DNA from: Octopus vulgaris
Taxonomy: Eukaryota
Assembly (NCBI GenBank): GCA_951406725.2
Contig: OX597840.1
Span: forward strand, 13,206,001 to 13,270,000
Direction: 5' to 3'
DNA length: 64,000 nucleotides
This document shows positions 53,945 to 64,000 of the stretch, in pieces. Both the position numbers and the translations under genes were made by a program. Each line of letters starts with the position of its first letter. The first letter of the stretch is position 1. Under the pieces are notes generated by a model that saw nothing but the letters and a program-made list of their open reading frames with translations, made no database searches and had not been told where the DNA came from.

Positions 53945-54655
53945 TCATCATCATCATTTAACATCCGTTTTCCATGCTAGCATAGGTTGGATGGTTCAAC
54001 TGGGGTCTGGGAAGCCAGGAGGCTGCACCAGGCTCCAGTCTGCTCTGGCAGTGTTTCTACAGCTGGAAGCCTTTCCTAACACCAACCACTCTGAGACTGT
54101 AGTGGGTGCTTTTTATGTGCCACCAGTACAGGGCCCAGAGGAGGCTGGCAAATGGCCTCAATCGTTTGGTGCTTTTACGTGTCACCGACATGGATGCCAG
54201 TCAGGCGGCGCTGGCATCTGTCACGTTTGGACGGTGCTTTTTACGTGTCACCAGCACAGGTATCTTAACTACAATTTCCATTCGATTTTTATTTTGATGT
54301 TAATGTACTTGACTCAATAGGTCTCCTCAAGAACAGCGGGTCACTCTACCATCCAAGGTTAGCACAGCAGGCCGTCCTGCAAGCCATGAACTCACTTCAT
54401 TTATCAGGTCTTCAGAGTCACAGCATATCTCAGAGGTCTCAGTCTTCATCATTTCCTCTGTGAGGCCCAATGTGCCACCAGCACGGGTATCACAACAACA
54501 ATATCCATATGATTTTTATTTTGATGTTGTTGTACTTGACTCAGTAGGTCTCCTCAAGCAAAGCAGGTTACCCTACAATCCAAGGTAAGCACAGCAGGCC
54601 ATCCTGCAAACCATGAACTCACTTCATTTGTCGGGTCTTCGAAGTCACAGCATAT
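53945..54655 (-). mobile_element. Longer truncated RTE LINE 3' copy with an internal ~190-bp duplication
   Basis: Shares the 3'UTR and GTCACAGCATATCTC..GTGAGGCCCAATG (end of the ORF at about 56185-56240). Segment 54270-54430 recurs at 54490-54655. Confidence 0.75.
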
Positions 54656-55800
54656 GTTATTGGAATATTTTATATATGGATTAATACAGTGTTGCTAATG
54701 GTTTCTTGACAAAATTAAAACAAAAACAGATAAGCCTAATTAATTATCAGTCAATCAATTAATCAATTTAAAACTTGTGACCTTCAATGATAATCTTCTC
54801 TCTCGCGAATTTACAAGATGAGTGGCTGGTTGCCTGTTATGCATGGTGGTTTTGAAGTGTTACAAAAGCCCAAGGACTCTGTGAAAAGCCCCTCTTAATG
54901 ATGACATTAAGAATCTTAAGAATTTCAGGAAAAAGAAGAGAAAGAAAGAAAAAGACTTTTGTATTGTCTGGTGAAACGAAGAACTTTTATGTGATAGAAA
55001 ATTACAGCCACCACCACCACCATCATCATCATCATCAGTGTTAGTATCATCATCACCACTCATCATCATCAATATCACCACCACCACCATCATAATCATC
55101 ATCACTCTCACCACCACCACCATCATTATCATCACCACCGTCACCACCACCGTCATCATCACTACCATCATCATCATTATCATCACCACTACCACCATCA
55201 TCATTATCATTTTAGCATCATCATTTCCAAGCTTCTATGGTCCAGATGGAATTCACTGAGGTAGATTTTTCTATGGCTGGATGCCCTTCCTGTCACCAAC
55301 CTTCATCTTTTATCCTAGCAAAGAGAATATTTCCCCATGGTTTGACATGGTTTTTTTTTTTATCACAAAAGATAGGAAGAACACTGCTTACATCATAGTA
55401 TCGCTCATTTAAAACTATCAGAAAATGTTGTGACCGAAAAACATTCACACACACACCATCATTGTCATCATCATCATTGGCTGTGTGGTAAGTAGCTTGC
55501 TTACCAACCACATGGTTCTGGGTTGAGTCCCACTGCATGGCACCTTGGGCAAGTGACTTCTACTATAGCCTCGGGCCGACCAAAGCCTTGTGAGTGGATT
55601 TGGTAGACGGAAACTGAAAGAAGCCCGTCGTATATATGTATATAAATGTGTGTGTGTGTATGTTTGTGTGTCTGTGTTTGTCTCCCCCAGCATCGCTTGA
55701 CAACCAGTCCCCGTAATTTAGCAGTTCAGCAAAAGAGACTGATAGAATAAGTACTAGGCTTACAAAAAATAAGTCCTGGGGTCGATTTGCAAAAATATAT

Positions 55801-58800
55801 CATCATCATCATCATCGTTTAACGTCCGTTTTCCGCGCTAGCACGGGTTGGACAGTTTGACCGGGGTCTGGGAAGCCAGGGGCCGTTCCAGGCTCCAGTC
55901 TGATTTGGCAGAGTTTCTACGGCTGGATGCCCTTCCTAACGCCAACCACTCCGTGAGTGGATTGGGTGCTTTTTACGTGCCACCTGCACAGGGGCCGGGG
56001 GGTCCGGCATTGGTCGCGATCGGTTCAAGCTTTTAACGTGCCAGCGGCACGGGGGCAACTGGGTCCGGGGTACTTTGGGGATCCGGGGTACTTTGGGGAT
56101 CTGGGGAACTTTGGGGATCCGGGGTACTTTGAATGGGTAGGGGGTATGTGGAATTGCTGCAGAAAGCAGCCCGGGTCTTTGCAGTCACAGCATATCTCCA
56201 GAGATCTCAGTCTTTCGCCATTGCTTCAGTGAGGCCCAATGCTCTGAGGTCATGCTTGACTACCTCATCCCATGTCTTCCTGGGTCTACCTCTCCCCCTG
56301 ATACCTTCAACTGTTTGGGAGTGGCACTTCTTCACACATCTCTCTTCATCCATCCGCAGCACATGACCATACCATTGCAAGCATCGCTCTTGCACACCAC
56401 ATCTGATGCTTCTTATATCCAGCATTTCTCTTAGGATGCTTACACTCTGTCTTGCGTGCACACTGACACTACACATCCAGCGGATCATGCTAGCTTCATT
56501 TCTTTCAAGTCTACGCATGTCCTCTGCAGTCACTGCCCATGTTTCATTACCGTGAAGCATGGCAGTTCGCACACATGCATCATACAATCTACCTTTCGCT
56601 CTGAGGGAGAGACCTTTTGTTGCCAGTAGGGGTAGGAGCTTTCTGAACTTTGCCCAGGCTATTCGTATTCTAGTGGTGATACTCTCTGTGCATCCACCTC
56701 CGCTACTAACTTGGTCACCCAGGTAGCGGAAACTATCAACTACTTCTAGTTTCTCTCCCTGGAGTGTGATGGAATCTGTTTTCTGAGTGTCTGTTGTGTC
56801 TATTGTCCCTGTGCATCTGCCGCACATGAAAGCTATCTTATCTGTTAATTTCCCTTTAATGTTGCTGCATCTCTTATGTGTCCATAACTTACATTGGGTG
56901 CATCTTATGGAGTTTCTACCTGTACCTTTCCTACAGATTGAGCAGGGCCACCTACCCGAGGGGTGTGTGCTGAGTACCTCTTGCTGCTTACTAATACTTT
57001 GGTCTTTGCTACATTTATTCTAAGGCCTTTGATTCCAACCCTTGCTTCCACACCCGAAATTTCTCTTCTAGTTCCGGTAGTGATTCTGCTATGAGAGCTA
57101 GGTCATCGGCATAGAGGAGCTCCCAGGGGCATCCCATTTTGAATTCCTCTGTTATTGCCTGAAGGACTATGATGAATAAAAGGGGACTGAGGGCTGAGCC
57201 CTGGTGCACACCTACTTCTACCCGGAATTCTTCACTATATTCGTTGCCAATCCTAACCTTGCTGACAGCCTCTCTGTATAGAGCCTGTACAGCCCTTATT
57301 AGCCATTCTTCAATCTCCAGTTTCCGCATCGACCACCAGATGAGGGAACGGGGAACCCTGTCAAAGGCTTTCTCCAAGTCTACAAAAGCTATGTAGAGGG
57401 GTTTATCTTTAGCTAGGTACTTCTCCTGCAGTTGTCGGACCAGGAATATAGCATCAGTGGTGCTTCTACCTGGTACAAAACCGAACTGCATTTCATCTAA
57501 ACAAATTCTCTCCCTAATGAGATGGGTTATGACCTTCTCTGAGACCTTCATCACCTGGTCCAACAGTTTGATACCTCTGTAGTTATTTCTATCTAGAGCA
57601 TCACCCTTACCCTTGTAGCAGTTGACTATGGTGCTGCTGCACCAGTCATTGGGTATGACTCCATTGTGAACTACCTGGTTTACAATGCGGGTGACTATGG
57701 TATAGCCCACATAGCCAGCTGTTTTAAGCATCTCAGCAGTGATTCCTGATAGGCCAGGGGCTTTGCCTGGTTTCATATCCTTAATTGCCTTATCTACAAG
57801 GGAGCTGTCTATTCGGGTAGCTGGTCCCTCTACTGGGTCAACATTTGGCAGGCTCTCCTCCTCCCATTCATTCTCCTCATTTAGCAGTCTTTCATAATGG
57901 CTTCTCCAAGCCTCTTTCTTTTCACTAGCAGTAAATGCAAGTGCCCCATCATCCATGCGGACACATTTCTCTCCTATAACATCACTATTTTCTCTGACAC
58001 ACTGTCTGGCAATCCGAAATACTTCAGCTCTTTGATCCTCGCGTCGCTGGACATTGGCAAACTTCTTCTTTTCTGCTACGTCTTTGGCTATGTATACCTG
58101 CCGCCCAGCCTCCCTTTTGGCTATCTGGTACAGTTCCCTGCTGCCCCCATCCTTCCAGGCTTTCCAGGCCCGTCTCTTTTTACAGATGGCTTTATCTACT
58201 GCACTATTCCACCACCACGTAATTCTAGGTCTGGAAGGGACTTTGCACCATCCACAGACTCGGTCTGTGGCACTCAGCAAGCTGTCCCGTAGGAATTCCG
58301 AGCTACCTTCTATGTCTGACGTCTGAAGCTCCTCCTCCCTCTCATCAAATTTCTTGATGAGTATGTCCCTAAATTTCTGACCATGTGAAGGGTTCTTTAG
58401 CCTCCAAATCCTTCTTTTCTGGATTGGTTTGTTTCTTGGAGTCCTTCTGGCCTCAAGCTTAAAGTCACTGATGATTAGTCTATGCTGAGGGATACATTCT
58501 TCACCCGGGAGGGTCTTTGTATTCAAGAGCAACCCTGCATCCCGCTGTCTGGTGAGGATGAAGTCTATTTGGCTAGCGGAGTCTCCTGACTGATAGGTTA
58601 TAAGGTGGCAGACTGGCTTCTTGAAGTTAGTGTTGCAGATTGAAAGGTTACATGCATCACAGAATTCCAGCAGTCTAGTTCCCTCATCATTTCTGGTGCC
58701 AATACCATAGCCACCATGTACCCCAGTGAAGATACCCGATTCCCGCCCAACATGCCCATTAAAGTCTCCACCTACAAAGATGAGGTCCTTGCTACTAGTC

Positions 58801-58827
58801 TTTGAAGTAGCCTGCAGAAGGTTATCA
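55801..58827 (-). mobile_element. 5'-truncated RTE-clade LINE (APE endonuclease C-terminal part, reverse transcriptase, PHD-like finger, 3'UTR, (GAT)n tail), frameshifted
   Basis: ORF 57015-58874 has GDFNGHVG, TYQSG..QIDFIL, DLEKAFD, GVHQGS and LLYADDL. ORF 56207-56827 has FRYLG, LQWYGHV and RGRGRPRKTW. Frameshifts at about 56960-57030. The element ends in GAT repeats at 55801. Confidence 0.93.
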
Positions 58828-59037
58828 TGTGTGTGTGTGTGTATTTGTGTTTGCCCCCCAACATCGCTTGACAACCGATGCTGGTGTATTTATGTCCCCG
58901 TTACTTAGCGATTCGGCAAAAGAGGCCGATAGAATAAGTACTGGGCTTACAAAGAATAAGTCCTGGGGTTGAGTTGCTCGATTAAAGGCGGTGCTCCAGC
59001 ATGGTCACAGTCAACTGACTGAAACAAGTAAAAGAGA

Positions 59038-59082
<45 letters not shown>

Positions 59083-60849
59083 TATATGTGTTTGTGTGTC
59101 TGTGTTTGCCCCCCAACATCGCTTGACAACCAATACTGGTGTATACGTCCCCGTAACTTAGCGGTTCGGCAAAAGAGACCAGTAGAATAAGTACTAGGCT
59201 TACAAAGAATAAGTCCTGGGGTCGATTTGCTCGATTAAAGGTAGTGCTCCAGCTTGGCCACAGTCAAATGACTGAAAACAAGTAGAAGAGGAAAGATGGC
59301 ATGCTAGCAGAATCATTTGCACACTGAGCAAAATAATTAGTGGTATTTTGTCCATCTTTACGTTCTGAGTTCAAATTCCACCATGGTTGGCTTTGCCTTT
59401 CATATTTTCAGAGGTTGATAAAATAAGTACCAGTTACGCACTGGGGTCGATGTAATCGATTTATCCCTTTCCTCAAAATTTGTGCCTACAATAGAAGGGA
59501 TTATGATAAAAACAGTTTTACTTTAATCTGAGGGATTACTCTAACCTTATGTAGAGTCCCAAATTAATTATTTGTAAGCAAGAGTATCGTTGGCAGTGAC
59601 TTCGAAGTTCCAACCAGTTAAGCTACTCTCATAAATATCTTTTACTTTTGACATCTTTCAGTCAGTAGACTGAAGAGATGCCGGGACAGTGCCTCAAAGA
59701 ATATTTAGTCAAATGGATTGACCCCAGGACTTATTTCTATTTTCTTAAGTCTCGCACTTATCCTCTTGGTCTCTTTTGCCAAAGGACATAAAAACACCAA
59801 TACCGGTTGTCAAGTGGTGGTGAACAAATACTGACACGCAATCACACACACACACACTCACAAATACATATATGTATGCAGGCATGGTTGTGTGGTAAGA
59901 AGCTTGCTTCCCAACCACATGGTTCCAGGTTCAGTCCCACTGCAAGGTACCTTGGACAAGTGTCTTATTCTATAGCCTCAAGTTGACCAAAGCCTTGTCA
60001 GTGGATTTAGCAGACAGAAGCCTATCGTATATAAATATATTTATGGGTGTGTGTGTCTGTGTGTCCCCCCTTTCCGCCATCACTTGACAACCAATGCTGG
60101 GGTGTTTATGTCCCCATGACTTAGTGGTTTGGTAAATGAGACTGATAGAATAAGTACTAGGCTTACAAAGAATAAGTCCTGGGGTTGATTCCTTTGGCTA
60201 AAATCCTTTAAAGCAGTGCTCCAGCATGGCATCAGTCTAATGACTGAAACAAGTAAAAGAATAAAAGAACATATGTATATATATTTATGATGGGCTTCTT
60301 TCAGTTTCCATCTACCAAATCCACTCCCAAGGCTTTGGTTGACCTGAGGTTATAGTAAAAAAAAGCTCTTGTCCAGTGTGCCACGCCATGGGATTGAACT
60401 TGGAACCATGTGGTTGGGAAGCAAACATATTGTTATTACTATTTATCTTTAAAGTAATCAAAGGCATTCCATCCATGCCCATCCTGTTTTGATTCAGAAA
60501 TCTGTTACTAGGACTATATTGATAAATCATTCCTCTGGTCATTTAGCCCCAGGTAACCCTTGGTCATGCAGATGCATGATCAAAGGCATTCCTTGGTATG
60601 GCCATCCTGTCTTTCAAGAAGTATGAAGGACTACATTATTCAGTGTCCTTCTTTTAAGATTTACAGTCAAAGACGTTCCAGGCGTGACCATCTCACCCAT
60701 TTATTTTTCTCAGATAGAAAAATATATTTTGAGTATTTTGTCTGTGTATTTGTTTTTAAGACAACGGGGTGTGGTTTGAGGGATACTTTATTAGTCTTTC
60801 TTAAGTAACAGCTGTTAATGACATATCTGTAATAATCCCAAAGGCTGTG

Positions 60850-61584
60850 ACACATGTACACACACACACACATACACAAATACTTACACACACACACAAA
60901 ATGTACGCCCACACACTCAGAACCTCAGCACATACACACACAAAACCCCATACTCTTATCCTTCTACACCCCTTGCACACACAAACCTCCCCCACAATAC
61001 ACACATGCTCACACAAAACCCCTACTTTCACTTACACTCACACTTTCTCACACAAAACCCCCACTCTCACTCACACACATACATACAAGCTCACACAAAG
61101 CCCCTACTCTCACTCACACTTGCTCACACAAAACCCCCACTCTCACTCACACTCACACTTTCTCGCACAAAACCCCCACTCTCACTCACACACATACATA
61201 CAAGCTCACACAAAACCCCTACTCTCACTTACTCTCACACTTTCTCGCACAAAACCCCCACTCTCACTCACATTTGCTCATACAAAACCCCCACTCTCAC
61301 TCACACATATACACACAAACTCACACTTGCTTATTCGCACACGCTCACTCACACACAATACGCATGCTCTCTCTGCCTGCTGTACACACTCTCATTCTCA
61401 CAGAAGCGCACACGTGCACACACACACAAACTCAGATCCTCTCTCTCACACATTCTCATTCTCATACACACACAGAAGCTCACACAAAACACACATTCTC
61501 TTTTTCTCTTCTGCACACACCCTTGCTCTCACACATGCACACACCTACACAAAACTTACATCCTCTCTCTCTCTCTCCTGCACA

Positions 61585-61634
<50 letters not shown>

Positions 61635-61949
61635 CTTACACACATGGTATCCCTCACATACACACACTCAGAATTCACACAAAGCACATTCTCTTTCTCT
61701 TCTGCGTACACACACACATATATACACACACAAGCTCATATCCTCCTTCTCTCTCTCTCTCTTCTGCACACACAGTCTCTCTCTCTCTCCCTCCCTCTCA
61801 CACATGCACACAATTCATACAAAATACACACAATTCACTCAAAACACACATTCTCTTTCTCTTCAGCACACACTCTGTCTCTCTGTCTCCCTCTCACACA
61901 CACACACACACCCATATCCTCCTCCTCTCTCTCTTCAGCACACACTCTG

Positions 61950-61983
<34 letters not shown>

Positions 61984-62097
61984 TCAGAATTCACACAAAA
62001 CATACATTCTCTTTCTCTTCTGCACACACGTTCTCTTTTCCTCTCTCTGTCTCTCTCTCTCCCTCACACACACACACACACACACATACACACACAT
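60850..62097. repeat. Compound (CA)n/(CT)n microsatellite-minisatellite
   Basis: Repeated ACACAAAACCCC(C/T)ACTCTCACTCAC units followed by CT/CA tracts. Confidence 0.95.
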
Positions 62098-62903
62098 CGT
62101 TGATGACGCCAGGGCTTTGACAAGCCAGCTAAAAACCCTCCCCTATATATTTGTTCAGTGATTCTCGTGTTGCTACTTCAGTCAGGTTTGTTTCTTGTTA
62201 TACAAATGTGAAATATGAGCGGAAGAAAAGATCAATAACTCACACAAACTTCATGGCTGCTATTTTCGGGACAAACAAGCTGTTCTGTGTGTGTGTCTTA
62301 CATTCTATAATTGTTATTGAGGGCGATGACGATGTTGGGGATGATGACGGTAACATACTACTTCAAAGAAACAAATTCATACTGTACCACAGACGGTTCT
62401 TGTGGTAGTGATGCTGGTTGTAGATCTAGATTTTAGTCTATTTCATTAATATAATTAATACGTACAGGAGTGGCTGTGTGGTAAGAAGCTTGTTTCATAA
62501 CCACATGGTTCTGGGTTCAGTCTTACAGCTTGGCATCTAAAGCTAGTATCTTCTATTATAGCCTTGGGCCAACCAAAGCCTTGTGAGTGGATTTAGTAGG
62601 CAAAAGCTGAAAGTGGCCCATCACACACACACATGCACACACACACACTCACACACACACATATATATTGGGTCATCCCATAAATAATGTGTATTTTATT
62701 TTTTATTGCAAGAACTAAAAGTCAGAGGAGGATAATTATTTATTCCTTTATCACCTTATTTTCTTATTAGTGCTCTATACTTAGCTAATGCTTTGTTCTG
62801 AAACACATATATTGAGTTCTACACCAGGTTATTAGTCTGACAGTACTCAAGTATGTGTATATATAAAGATATATATATATATGTGTGTGTGTGTATATAT
62901 GTA

Positions 62904-62935
<32 letters not shown>

Positions 62936-63682
62936 GTCGAAAAACACTTCTCTCTCTCTCTCTCTCTCTTTCACTCTTTTACTTATTTCAGTCATTTGAC
63001 TGTGGCCATGCTGGAGCACCACATTTAGTCGAGCAAATCAACCCCAGGACTTATTCTTTGGAAGCCTAGTCCTTATTTTATCGGTGTCTTTTGCCAAAGT
63101 TACGAGGATGTAAGCACACCAGCATCGGTTGTCAAGCAATGTTGGGGGGACAAACACAGACAAACAAATATATACACACACATATACATTTATACATATA
63201 TACGACGGGCTTCTTTCAGTTTCTGTCTACCAAATCCACTCACAAGGCTTTGGTCAGCCCTAGGCTATAGCAGAAGATACTTGCCCAAGGTGCCACGCAG
63301 TGGGACTGAACCCGGAACGATGTGGCTGGTAAGCAAGTTACTTACCACACAGCCACTTCTGCGCCTATTGTTATGTCCTGTTATTATTATTATTGTATTT
63401 ATGTAACCTTGTCCGTTTTTTTCCGTCCTTGTTTTTGTATACATTCACTGCTTTCTTCCAAGGAATCTAATGCTCTTAGATTAGTTTTTCCTTGGGGCTG
63501 GCCAGATTGGAGCAATCTCAAGTATAATCAGCCAAAATTGCGAAAACAATCTGGTACTTGACTGAGGAAAGAAAACTTCGAATGACCCGTCCTTGTTTTC
63601 TTTGTATCGTCTATCTGGATGTTTTGCTGTCCCATTTTTGTATCACCTAACTGTCTGGATGTTTTGTGTTCTTGTCCCATTT

Positions 63683-63739
<57 letters not shown>

Positions 63740-64000
63740 CAAGAAAATGAGGTGACAAAGGCAAAAATGATTATATTAATGTAGTTCTCAAGGAGATTCA
63801 GCATGACACAGTGTGTGACAAGGCTGGTCTTTTAAAATACAGGTACAACAGAAACAGAAAGAAAGAGTGAGAGAAAGTTGTAGTGAAAGACTACAGCAGG
63901 GTTCGCCACCACTACCCCTGCCGGAGCCTCGTAGGGTTTTAGGTGTTTTTGATTCATAAACACTCACCCCACCTGATCTGGAAATTGAATTCATGATCCC

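Noticed and set aside
55650-59040. SINE A 3' halves on both sides of the LINE as a long TSD
   Set aside because: The two halves differ by many substitutions and a ~17-bp indel, more than expected for a TSD of this fairly intact LINE.
60847-62161. Three long overlapping ORFs (371-435 aa)
   Set aside because: Translations of CA/CT microsatellite that lacks stop codons; no protein features.
50345-64000. Next ERG exon (S4, LLKTARLLRL)
   Set aside because: Not found by eye; it presumably lies beyond the window end.

Overview
This is AT-rich, repeat-dense eukaryotic DNA. The SINE and microsatellite content and the very long introns point to an octopod cephalopod (inference). The window lies inside a large ERG/KCNH2-type (Kv11) voltage-gated K+ channel gene on the + strand. 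Three clearly homologous coding exons (23063-23398, 29414-29616, 49913-50344) splice in frame with the same exon structure as hERG exons 4-6. A probable extra 45-nt in-frame micro-exon lies at 39712-39756. The PAS/PAC exons and the S4-pore-CNBHD exons were not found and presumably lie outside the window. The introns hold several tRNA-derived SINE families, a 5'-truncated RTE-type LINE with a PHD-like finger, CR1 and RTE fragments, mariner remnants, a hAT MITE, Helitron/Helentron-like elements, minisatellites and microsatellites. Most ORFs in the supplied track are microsatellite or SINE artefacts. The most interesting observations are the micro-exon, three minimal type-I hammerhead-ribozyme-like motifs (two in fold-back elements with a CCGA core variant), candidate antisense exons, a (TAA)n-associated non-autonomous element, and inverted SINE pairs that could form dsRNA near exons. 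Repeat boundaries were read by eye and are approximate.
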